From the IMG/VR virus record IMGVR_UViG_3300034109_000966, positions 1-57,952 of that record: a DNA stretch of 57,952 bases. The stretch is one strand, 5' to 3'. The translations under genes and the position numbers were made by a program. The notes under the pieces were generated by a model, which was not told the DNA's origin, searched no databases, and was given only the letters and a program-made list of their open reading frames with translations. Source of the DNA: a virus. Lineage: Duplodnaviria; Caudoviricetes. Shown piece after piece: positions 1-9,200 of the stretch. Numbering within the stretch: the first letter of the stretch is position 1; the number at the start of each line of letters is the position of its first letter.

Positions 1-1
1 G

Positions 2-847
2 AAAAGCTGGACGACGAACGAGCACGCGGGCAGGCTGGCCTACATGAACACGGCGGCCATCACTGCGGCCTCGGGCTCGGCCGCAGGGCAGGTAGTCCGC
101 ATCACGAGCAACACGGCCACCACACTGACCTTCGCCGCGACCGTTACCGCCCCGACGAACGGCGTGAGCCGCTACAGCATCGCGCGCGGTGACGCGATCG
201 GCACGCTCGATTTCGGTGTCGCGACCGGCACGCAGAGCACAACGACGATTCAGGACACGTCGAAGAGTTGGACGACCAACATCTACGCCGGTCGGCGCGT
301 GCGCGTGCTCACGTCGGGTGGTCCCATCGAGGTGATCGTCGCGTCGAACACGGCCAACACGCTGACCGTCGCCACGATCACCCTGCCGGTGACGGCCGTC
401 ACCCAATACGCGATCCTTGAAGGCAACGCGAAGGGCACCGGCACCAATGCGAATTGGGCCTTCGGCACGTCGAGCGAGGCGCTGCGTGGTCGCTACATGT
501 TTATCGCGCGCGGCGGCGGCGCGTATGGCTTTGAGCGCGTGGACCTCACGACCGATCGCATCAGGGCGATCAACACCGCGCCGCTCACGGAGACCCTCAC
601 CACCGGCTCCATGACGGCCTACGACGGCGGCGACCGCATTTACTTCCACAAGGACGCCACGCAGCGCGTCTACAGCTTGGATGTCGTCACCGGCAAAGTC
701 AACGGCGCGAGCATGTATCCCTACGCCGCGCCGACCGCCGTGATCGGCAACCGCATGGAGATTTTCACGACGAAGGACGGCTTGCGGTATCTCTGGCTGA
801 ACCGCGCCTCGTTCGCCGAGTGCTTCCGCTGCCTGCTCTACTGGTAG
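2..847 (+). CDS. Virion structural/decoration protein with repeated (DT)SKSWTTN..AG modules, 5'-truncated
   Basis: Frame is open from base 2 (KSWTTNEHAGRLAYM...), matching the internal repeat SKSWTTNIYAGRRV; Thr/Ala/Gly-rich beta-type composition. Confidence 0.6.
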   Translation, partial: KSWTTNEHAGRLAYMNTAAITAASGSAAGQVVRITSNTATTLTFAATVTAPTNGVSRYSIARGDAIGTLDFGVATGTQSTTTIQDTSKSWTTNIYAGRRVRVLTSGGPIEVIVASNTANTLTVATITLPVTAVTQYAILEGNAKGTGTNANWAFGTSSEALRGRYMFIARGGGAYGFERVDLTTDRIRAINTAPLTETLTTGSMTAYDGGDRIYFHKDATQRVYSLDVVTGKVNGASMYPYAAPTAVIGNRMEIFTTKDGLRYLWLNRASFAECFRCLLYW

Positions 848-858
848 GAGATCGTCAC

Positions 859-1032
859 ATGACGCTTGATGACATTCTGACGATCCTCGGCCACCGCGTC
901 ACGGCGCTCAGGAATGAGCGCGTGCTCGCGGTCTCGGCGGGCCAGCTCCAGCAGGTCGTGCAGGTCGACGCCGACATCGCGGAGACCGAGATCACGATGC
1001 AATCGATCCAGGCGCTGCTCGCCGGCCAGTAG
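859..1032 (+). CDS. Small coiled-coil hypothetical protein
   Basis: AGGAG RBS before ATG 859; tightly packed between neighbouring genes. Confidence 0.6.
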   Translation: MTLDDILTILGHRVTALRNERVLAVSAGQLQQVVQVDADIAETEITMQSIQALLAGQ

Positions 1033-1038
1033 TCCGTC

Positions 1039-2451
1039 ATGCTGCTCACGTTACTGTCGCCCCGCGAGGCGCAGGTCGGGCGCCTCAGTGGCGCACGCCT
1101 CTGGCGCCTCGTCGGCGACGGTGACGATGACCAGTGGCGGATACCGCTACGCGTTCCGACAACGACGGTTGCGCGCGATCCGGCCGCTGGTGCGCTGGTC
1201 CTGTCTGGCGTCGCGCCGTCGCTGCAGACTACCGTCGCGGTGCCGCTAGGTTCGCTCGTCCTGTTGGGACTGGCACCGTCGATTCCCGCCGCTGGAACGC
1301 CTCCAGCCGGTGCGCTGGTGCTGGTCGGGTACTCGCCGTCGCTGCAGTCTCGCGTCGAGGTGCCTGCAGCCTCCCTGGTGCTGTCTGGCGCGGCGGCGTC
1401 TGCTCGGCACACGCTCACGGTTCCGTCGGCGTCCTTGGCCTTGCAGGGTGCTGTTCCGACGCTGCCAGCGTTTGGTGGCCCACCCGCGGGCACGCTGTCG
1501 CTGACTGGTGCCGTGCCGGCGCTGTTGCTCGCCGTGCCGGTCCCGCAGGGCGCTCTTGCCCTGACCGGTGCGGCGCCGACGTTGTCGGCGGCGTCTACGG
1601 CGTCACCGGATCGCGCGCCGCTGTCCTTGGTGGGCAGTGCCTCGAGCCTCGACGCGCGTCTGACGCCTGCGGCTGCGACGCTGTCGGTGACGGGTCACAC
1701 GCCGTCGCTGCTGGGACAGAACTCGCGCACGCCGGACGCCGGTGCGCTGGTGCTCGCGGGACAGTCGCCGACGCTGCAGACCCGAACGGTCGTTCCTGTC
1801 GGCTCGTTGGCGCTGACGGGACTGGCGCCGACGTTGACGGTGGCGTCTGGCGCGGCACCGCCGTCCGGTGCGCTGACGCTGTCGGGCGTCCCGCCGTCGC
1901 TGCGGTGGGCGTTGCCGGTGCCGGCCGGCAGCCTGTCGCTGACGGGTCAGGCTGGCACGACCGATGTGCGCGTGACGACTCCGACGTCGTTGCTCGCGCT
2001 GTCGGGTCATGCGTCGTCGGTGCAGTCGTCGCTGACGCCTTCGGCTGCGACGCTTGTGCTGTCGGGACGGGTGCCTGCGCTCCGAGAAACGCTGACGCCT
2101 GCAGCTGCGACGCTCGCCTTGGCAGGATACGCGCCCTCGCTGACGGTGCAGGTCCGAGTCCCGGCGGGCAGCTTGGCCCTAGCAGGACTCGCGCCGACGG
2201 CGACGCCAGCCGCAGTGCCCATGTCGTCGGCGCTCGCCTTGACGGGGCATGCGCCGACGCTTCGGTGGGTCGTGTCGCCGAACGCGGCGTCGCTGTCGCT
2301 GCTCGGATGGGTGCCGTTCGCTGAACGGGCGAGCGCTTCGAAGTCGGTGTGGGAATACGACGCGGCTCGAGCGGGCGAAGTTCTGGAGGAAGATGTCTTG
2401 GTGTTGCAGTCGAAGGAGTTTGACGTCTCACGAAAGGGGCCTGAGCAGTGA
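1039..2451 (+). CDS. Repeat-rich putative virion protein
   Basis: Roughly twenty tandem 20-22 aa repeats of the form P..(G/A)(A/S)L.L.G..P.L. Confidence 0.65.
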   Translation: MLLTLLSPREAQVGRLSGARLWRLVGDGDDDQWRIPLRVPTTTVARDPAAGALVLSGVAPSLQTTVAVPLGSLVLLGLAPSIPAAGTPPAGALVLVGYSPSLQSRVEVPAASLVLSGAAASARHTLTVPSASLALQGAVPTLPAFGGPPAGTLSLTGAVPALLLAVPVPQGALALTGAAPTLSAASTASPDRAPLSLVGSASSLDARLTPAAATLSVTGHTPSLLGQNSRTPDAGALVLAGQSPTLQTRTVVPVGSLALTGLAPTLTVASGAAPPSGALTLSGVPPSLRWALPVPAGSLSLTGQAGTTDVRVTTPTSLLALSGHASSVQSSLTPSAATLVLSGRVPALRETLTPAAATLALAGYAPSLTVQVRVPAGSLALAGLAPTATPAAVPMSSALALTGHAPTLRWVVSPNAASLSLLGWVPFAERASASKSVWEYDAARAGEVLEEDVLVLQSKEFDVSRKGPEQ

Positions 2452-2762
2452 GTACTCCACAAATGCGCGTCGGAGACGTTGGGAACGTCATCCGAGCTCG
2501 GATCATCGACAGCGGCGTGCCGTTCGACTTGTCGAGCGCGTCCGTGCTTCAGCTGAAGTTCCTCAAGCCCAGCGGAGTCGTCATCGTGCGGACGGCGACA
2601 GTCACGAATAGCCCGGGAACCGATGGGCGCATGCACTACGAAACTGTGGCGGGAGACCTGGATGAGTCTGGGCCCTGGCAGGGTCAGGCGTACGTTGAAT
2701 CTGGGACCCAGAAGTTCCACACGACCGTTTTCTCGTTCCCGGTCGCGTCTAACCTGAGCTAG
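2448..2762 (+). CDS. BppU N-terminal-like (Ig-like) structural protein
   Basis: GDVG..IR.RI, KPSG and GDLDESGPWQGQAYV pattern typical of this family; GTGA overlap with upstream gene. Confidence 0.6.
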   Translation: MSTPQMRVGDVGNVIRARIIDSGVPFDLSSASVLQLKFLKPSGVVIVRTATVTNSPGTDGRMHYETVAGDLDESGPWQGQAYVESGTQKFHTTVFSFPVASNLS

Positions 2763-2764
2763 CG

Positions 2765-3424
2765 ATGGTCTACGGTCCTCCACGTCTTGAAGACCTGCCG
2801 TACCGGGAGCGCCTCGTCTACTTACTGGGCGACAGGTCGAAGTACCCGGGTGGTCGCTACCCGAACGAGCAGGACCGTGAACCTGGTTCCACCTTGAAAT
2901 CCATCGACACCGAGGAGCCGGTGTCGCTAGAAGCGCTGGGGCGTCTGGAGTCGAGCATCGAGAGGTCGGGCTTTGACGGCGTCGCGGACTTGGCCTTCAG
3001 GGAGATCAAGGGATTCGGGAGCGTGAAGCCCATGGCGGAGTTCCGGTCCGATGGGTCGATCTATGTCAACGCGGAACTTCTGGTTGACCTCGAAGACTCG
3101 GATGACGACTCTCAGCTGGATGGCATCATCGCGCACGAAGTCTCACACGCGCGGTATTCTACGGTGAAGAAGATGCTGGCGAATGGTTCGGCGCCGAAGT
3201 TCGGCGACCACCTCAACAAGAAGCAAGACGAGCTTCGGAAGACCGGCCGGGACGTCTCTCCGTATGCGAAGGCGTGGTGGGACGCCGGCGCGAGGTATCA
3301 CACGGTCATCGATGAGACTCTCGCCGAAGTCGCCGCGGCAAGAATGTCCGGTAAGTCCGTGCCTGACGTCTGGAGTGAAGCGTACGACTTGATGGTCTCG
3401 GCTGCCAAGGGAGCAGACCAGTGA
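2765..3424 (+). CDS. GDRSKYP-tagged zincin-like metallopeptidase
   Basis: N-terminal LPYRERLVYLLGDRSKYPGGRYPNE; HEVSH (HExxH) and downstream SPYA...DETLAE. Confidence 0.75.
   Translation: MVYGPPRLEDLPYRERLVYLLGDRSKYPGGRYPNEQDREPGSTLKSIDTEEPVSLEALGRLESSIERSGFDGVADLAFREIKGFGSVKPMAEFRSDGSIYVNAELLVDLEDSDDDSQLDGIIAHEVSHARYSTVKKMLANGSAPKFGDHLNKKQDELRKTGRDVSPYAKAWWDAGARYHTVIDETLAEVAAARMSGKSVPDVWSEAYDLMVSAAKGADQ
2795..2869 (+). repeat. Tag peptide copy 1: LPYRERLVYLLGDRSKYPGGRYPNE
   Basis: Direct translation. Confidence 0.95.
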
Positions 3425-4917
3425 GAATCCGCGTCGAAGACCTCAAGACGTTCACGCCATCGCCTGACGGCAAGTACGTCGTTGTCCGCGATGAAGAAGT
3501 GAACGGCATCTTCAAGGTCGGCATGCAGTACGAACTCGGCGATCGCTCGAAGTATCCAGGTGGCAAGTACCCGAACGAAGCGGATGACCCGTTAGCGGGG
3601 GAACCTGCGGGTGTTCATCGGCCCGCCGCCATGAAGCGTGTGATGTCGTATCTCGAGACGGCCGCTGGCGTGAAGCTCAAGCCGCATGGGTCTGTGGGGA
3701 AAGGCGTTGATTCAGGGAACGATTTCGACATCCTGCTTGTGGAACCGTCCGACGAAGAGCTTGCGGCGTTGGAAGATGAAGGACGTCGCGAGGAAGACGA
3801 AGTGAAGGCGAAGTTCGACCGCGGAGAGATTTCTCGCGATCAGATGATGGAGGAGCTTTTCGGCGAGTATGAAGACAAGGTCGACACGGCGCTTGAGAAG
3901 ATCGGGTTCAAGTACGTCAAGACCGCTCGGTGGCTTGGGATCATGGCGCACCGGTACGAGAACGAATCGACGAAGCACGCCATCGAGCTCTGGGAGAAAG
4001 ACCCAGACGACAGCCACTACGGGTTGTCGTACCGAGAGAAGCTGGCGATGATGTTGAACGCGCAGTACCCGCCGAAGGCCGGCGAGGGCACCAGGCGCCT
4101 GATCGACGAAGGGCAGGCCCCAGGTCGCTCTCGGATGCGTGCGCCGACGAAGAAGGACCAGGCGCGGATCAAGGCGCTAGGCGTCCCGCCGGCGTGGACT
4201 GATGTGCGGGTGTCAGAAGACCCGAACGCAGCGCTGCAGGTGACCGGAGTCGACGCCAAGGGCCGCTCGCAGCGCATCTACAGCGCCGAGCACACGGCGC
4301 GTGCCGCGGCGGAGAAGTTTGAGCGCGTGAAGGAGTTTCACAAGACGCTGCCGTCGATACGGAAGGCGGTGTTGGAGGACCTGAAGTCTGGCACGCCGGC
4401 AGACCGCGAGAACGCGGCGGTCCTGTACCTGATCGACCAGACAGGGTTCCGCGTCGGGTCGGACACTGACACCGGTGGAGACGTGCAGGCGTTCGGCGCC
4501 ACGACGCTGCGCCGAGAGCACGTCAAGGTGGCCGGGTCGACTGTATCGTTTTCATTCACGGGCAAGAAGGGTGTCGCGATCGAGAAGTCCGTGACCGACA
4601 CGCGCCTCGCCGGGATGATCCGAGACCGCATGCGTCGCGACAACCAGTTGTTTGAGACGGACGACGCGTCTGTGCGTGGCTATCTGAAGAAGGTCGCGGG
4701 TGATTTCAAGGTGAAGGATTACCGGACCTGGCACGGCACGTCGAAAGCGTTGGCGACGATGAAGAAGATGCCGGCGCCAAAGAACAACGCGGAGTTCAAG
4801 CGGGCGCAGGCAGCGGTCTCGAAGGTCGTCGCGGAGCACCTCGGCAACACGCCGACGGTCGCCAAGGCGTCGTACATCGACCCGTCGGTCTGGTCGAAGT
4901 GGGCAGGTGGCAAATGA
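3421..4917 (+). CDS. GDRSKYP-tagged fusion of a Pol-beta-type nucleotidyltransferase-like domain and a bacterial-type DNA topoisomerase IB
   Basis: HGS...NDFDILL NTase motif; TopIB motifs PPAWTDV, GVDAKGRSQRIY, GFRVG, FTGKKG, KDYRTWHGT, LGNTPTVAKASYIDP. Confidence 0.85.
   Translation: MRIRVEDLKTFTPSPDGKYVVVRDEEVNGIFKVGMQYELGDRSKYPGGKYPNEADDPLAGEPAGVHRPAAMKRVMSYLETAAGVKLKPHGSVGKGVDSGNDFDILLVEPSDEELAALEDEGRREEDEVKAKFDRGEISRDQMMEELFGEYEDKVDTALEKIGFKYVKTARWLGIMAHRYENESTKHAIELWEKDPDDSHYGLSYREKLAMMLNAQYPPKAGEGTRRLIDEGQAPGRSRMRAPTKKDQARIKALGVPPAWTDVRVSEDPNAALQVTGVDAKGRSQRIYSAEHTARAAAEKFERVKEFHKTLPSIRKAVLEDLKSGTPADRENAAVLYLIDQTGFRVGSDTDTGGDVQAFGATTLRREHVKVAGSTVSFSFTGKKGVAIEKSVTDTRLAGMIRDRMRRDNQLFETDDASVRGYLKKVAGDFKVKDYRTWHGTSKALATMKKMPAPKNNAEFKRAQAAVSKVVAEHLGNTPTVAKASYIDPSVWSKWAGGK
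3529..3579 (+). repeat. Tag peptide copy 2: YELGDRSKYPGGKYPNE
   Basis: Direct translation. Confidence 0.95.
4024..4074 (+). repeat. Half copy of tag: LSYREKLAMMLNAQYPP, before the TopIB domain
   Basis: Matches the LSYR(E/D)(R/K)L...L half only. Confidence 0.7.
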
Positions 4918-6251
4918 GCGACGAGAAGCACGATCCGAACGACGAACTCGCGTCCGAGATGGACGAGTTGTTCGAGACCGTCCGGTTCGAAGGGGACGTG
5001 CAGCCGTGGCGCGACGTCGCGGAGACCGATGAGGACCCAGACGACGAGTCGCCGGCCACGGTGTCTCTGGCCGATCGCGTCCACGAAGGGCTGATGGTCG
5101 CGATCCCGGTGCCGACGACGATTGCGACGGCGCTGCAGGTGCTCGACGGCATTGCGCCCGAAGACATGCACCTGACGCTCTGCTACGTCGGCCGCGAACG
5201 TGCGTCCGTGTTGTCGCCGCAGGACTTGATTGACCTGACGTTCGCGGTGGCCACGGTGGTCGAGCGGACGGACCCGTTCGAGGTCCGCCTCGAGCGCCTG
5301 GACCGGTTCCCGGCCTCGGACTCGTCGGACGGCCAGGACGTGATCCACGCGGTTGTGACCGGTGACGCGCTGCTGGAGCTCCGGAAGAAGGTCTACGCCG
5401 CGCTCAAGAAGGCCGGCTCCGAGCCGAAGCACGACTTCGAGTACACGCCGCACATCACGATTCAGTACGTGGCGCCAGGCTCGCAGCATCTGCTTGACGA
5501 GATTCCGCCGATGGTGATGCCGGTGACGTCCGTCGAGATGTTCAAGGTCGGCAAGATCGCGATGATCCCGCTCGGCGTGCAGAACGTGAAAGACGCCGAA
5601 GCGCTGGAGCGCCTCCGCCGCCTGCCGCGCGCCAGCGAACGGGGCGTCGAGTGCGTCCGCACGCGCGACATCTTCGACCATCCGATGTTCGAGGTGAAGG
5701 CCCCGTTGAACCGGAAGACGACGATGAACGTGCTTGAGCACGTCCCGCTCGCCAGCTTGGCGCCGAGCCAGGCGCTGATCCCGGCGCAGGGGTTGGAACG
5801 GTACATCACGAAGCCACGGAAGGACCCGTCGGACATCGCGCGGTTCGAATCGCGCACGGGTCAGGTGCGGTACGTGATTCAGGAAGGTCACACGCGGTTG
5901 GCCGCGGCCAAGCTCCGACAGCCCGACGCATCGATCGAGTCGCGCGTCTGGATGTTCGAAGAGGACGACCGTGGCGACTGGAAGCCGGTCGAGCGCGGCA
6001 TGCACAAGCGCGCGAAGTTGAACCTGTCGGCCGACAAGGAAGACGTCGATGACGGCCGGTGGGTCACGAATCCGTATGAAGACATCGTGATCGTCGAGCG
6101 TTCGGAGTCAGGACACAGCCTGACGCTGGACGCGATCGCACGAGGACGTGCACGCGTCGCCGCCGGCGAGAACATCGACGATGTCATCGAAGACCTGATT
6201 GCCGAGGACTTGCTCGAGAAGGGGCTCGTGCCAGGAGTCTCGAATGCTTAG
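4914..6251 (+). CDS. 2H phosphoesterase (2'-5' RNA ligase-like) fused to a ParB/Srx-like domain
   Basis: Two HxT motifs (MHLTL, PHITI); VIQEGHTRLAAA ParB-like motif; ATGA overlap with upstream stop. Confidence 0.75.
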   Translation: MSDEKHDPNDELASEMDELFETVRFEGDVQPWRDVAETDEDPDDESPATVSLADRVHEGLMVAIPVPTTIATALQVLDGIAPEDMHLTLCYVGRERASVLSPQDLIDLTFAVATVVERTDPFEVRLERLDRFPASDSSDGQDVIHAVVTGDALLELRKKVYAALKKAGSEPKHDFEYTPHITIQYVAPGSQHLLDEIPPMVMPVTSVEMFKVGKIAMIPLGVQNVKDAEALERLRRLPRASERGVECVRTRDIFDHPMFEVKAPLNRKTTMNVLEHVPLASLAPSQALIPAQGLERYITKPRKDPSDIARFESRTGQVRYVIQEGHTRLAAAKLRQPDASIESRVWMFEEDDRGDWKPVERGMHKRAKLNLSADKEDVDDGRWVTNPYEDIVIVERSESGHSLTLDAIARGRARVAAGENIDDVIEDLIAEDLLEKGLVPGVSNA

Positions 6252-9200
6252 CTACCGCGACCGTATCCGATACGAGCTCGGCGACCGTTCCAAGTACCCG
6301 GACGGAAAGTACCCCGGAGAAGCCGGGTATCACGGCACGTCTATCGAAGCGGCACGTAAGATCAAGACCGAAGGGCTGAAGCTGTCGAAGACGCCGCATA
6401 ACATGCCTGGCGTCTGGGTCGCGCACAAAGAGTCGGACGCCCTGAGTTACGCGGTTGGTCAGGGACGCGGCATCGGCAGCAAGCACGTTGTTCCCGACGA
6501 CGACGACTTGATCGCGCTCGTTGTGGTACGGCCCTCAGCGGCTTCGCTATTCACGCGCTACCCTGGTCAAGGCGCGTCAGTCTCGATGAAGGATGTACCA
6601 GCCAAGCATATCGAAGAAGTACGAGTCTACCGCGCTGGCGATGTGCGGAGATGGCAGGACCGTGGCGAGAAGAGCAAGCTGAAGTATACGAACTTGTCAG
6701 ACGAGTCAGGCTACACGTACGTCTCGATCTTGTTGTCGAAAGACGAGGAAGTAGTTAGTCTAGGCGATCGTTCGAAGTACCCGGGTGGGCTGTATCCGAA
6801 CGAACAGGACGAGATCGAGTCGAACGGCGTCGACTTCAGCAGCCTGAAGCGAGTCGGTGAGGCGCAGGGCTCGAACCCGGGTGGCTTCTACGAAGACGCC
6901 GCTGGCGATAAGTGGTACGTCAAAGACTACAAGAACCCGGACCAAGGCGCCGCGGAACACGTCTCGAATGCGATCTACCGTGCCGTGGGCATCGACGTGC
7001 CCGTCTCGGTGCTCGGCGAGGGCCCGGACCACGGCAAGTACGCCAGCCAGATTCGCGAGGGCAAGATTCTCGCGAGGGCGGGTCTGACCGAGGAGACCGC
7101 GAACAAGGTGCTTGACGGCTTCGCGGCCGACGTGCTGACGATGAACTGGGACGCGGTCGGCACAGGCCACGACAACGTGCTCGTCGAGGCAGGGACCGGT
7201 ACGCCGGTGCGCATCGATCAGGGCGGGACGCTCACGTTCCGTGCGCAGGGAGCGCCGAAGCCGGCGGACTTGTTGAAGGGGATTGGCGAGTGGGAGTCGC
7301 TGCACTCGCAGAACTCGTACTACCGCGCGGTCTTCACCCGCGCGGGGCTCAAGGGCCCGGACGACCCCAAGTTCGCGAGCCGCGTGAAGGCGCAGGTCTC
7401 GAAGATCGTGAAAGCGCGTCCGGCGGGTGGTTGGTCGAAAGTCGTGAACAGGTTCGCGCCTTCGACGAAAGACGCGGTGAAGAAGACGTGGGCGGAAATG
7501 CTCGACGCGCGCACCGAGGCGCTGGCGCGGAAGGTCGGCATCGATCTGTCGATGAGCTATCGGGACAAGCTCGTCTTCCTGCTCGGCGATCGGTCGAAGT
7601 ATCCAGACGGGAAGTATCCGAACGAACAGCAGAGCGGACCCAAGCCGCCGGCGAAGCGCTACGCCGTCAAGCAGCGGCCTGACGGAAAGTGGCAGATTTA
7701 CGACCGCGTCTTCACGTACAAGGACAAGGACTCGCCGCAGGGACCAGGCCACGTGAAGGCCACGAAGGAAGAAGCGCTCGCGAAGGCCGCGCACATGGAG
7801 GCGAAGTTCGGCGCCGGTCATCCGGAGTGGGAGAAGATTGCGGAGCAGATCGCGGTGTTCAACCAGTCTGGACTGCACGGCAGCGAGTGGAAGAAGGCGA
7901 ACATCTGGAAGGCGAAGATTCTTGCCAAGGAGATGAAGGCGACGTCTCCTTCGGACGCGGCGTCGGTGGGGATGACGCCAGATCAGTTCATGGCGGCGAC
8001 GTCGAACATCGCGAAGGCCGAATCGTCGCTCAAGGAGGCGCTGCTGTCTCCGGCGCCAGATGGCTGGCCGATTGGTGACGACGTGATGCGCATAGACGGC
8101 CAGAAGTACCCAGCGGTCGTGAATAAGGCGTACGAAAAGTGGATGTCCGGTCTTAACAACGACGAATTGGAAGCTGTCGAGAGATACACGGCGAACGGCT
8201 ACGACTCGTGGAACGCGTATCTTCGAATGACTCAACCGAAGATGGGCACGATCGTGAATCCTGAAACGCTTCCCACGAAAACGAACACCCTGCAGCGAGC
8301 GCTTCACCGGGCGCCGTCGCCGCCGCCGCCTGAGTTGGTCTGGAGAAAGACGGGAGGCGCGAGCTTCTACGATGGCTTGTCGTCTGGCGACACGATCAAG
8401 TTGACGGGATTCACGAGCGCGTCGATTTCGGTCGGCACATGGTCTGGCAGCACCGTGTTGGAAATCTTGCCTGTCGCTGGTGCGTATGTCGACCCGATCT
8501 CGTCGAGCAAGGGAGAGAAGGAGTACCTGCTCCCGCACGCCGCGAGGTACAAGGTCGTAGGACGAAAAGAACTCAAGCTGGGCTACTCGAAGAAGACGGT
8601 CGTGCAGCTGAAGATGCTCGACAAGGGTCCGGACGTCGTCGTCCCGGAGAAGACGGTGAAGCTCTCGTACCGTGAGCGCCTTGTGTTTATGCTCGGCGAC
8701 CGCTCGAAGTATCCAGGCGGGAAGTATCCGAACGAAGAAGGGGCGTCTGAGTCGCCGGTAGGCGACGAGGAGTGGGACCTCGAGGGGTCCGGCGTGATGA
8801 ACATGCCGGACATCAGCGATGTGTCGTTCCCGACGATGATCGGCGCCGTCGACCCGGTGAATCCCAAGAAGAAGTCGCGGAAGAAGCGCGTCCCGTATCA
8901 GGGCGTCATGCTCGGCCGTCGGCCGACGGAGTTCGAGTCGGAAGTCTTGTCGCTGTCAGCGATCCCGAAGCGGTTCGACAGTGAGGTTGAACGTGCGTCC
9001 GCACAAGTTGTCGAGCTCCGTCTGCAGTACGCACGCGACCAGAACCTGCCGTCGCTCGATCAGGGGCTGTCGGTGGTGCTCTCAAGCGCGCAGGACCGCA
9101 TCGCGCGGTACGGCGCCGCGGAGCTCCGGAACGAATGCCGGCGGCAGTACTTGCCGATCTCGCTGTGCGATGAATCGGACGCGCGCTTCGACGGCTTGTC

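Noticed and set aside
4081-4917. Tyrosine integrase call for the TopIB domain, and any att site
   Set aside because: Motifs fit bacterial-type topoisomerase IB; no integrase or att-like repeat recognised in the window, so lifestyle cannot be assigned
2795-8736. Tag copies as a CRISPR array, DNA repeat or DGR template/variable repeat
   Set aside because: Copies are in-frame inside ORFs, irregularly spaced by hundreds of bases and differ at synonymous sites; no cas or reverse transcriptase gene recognised
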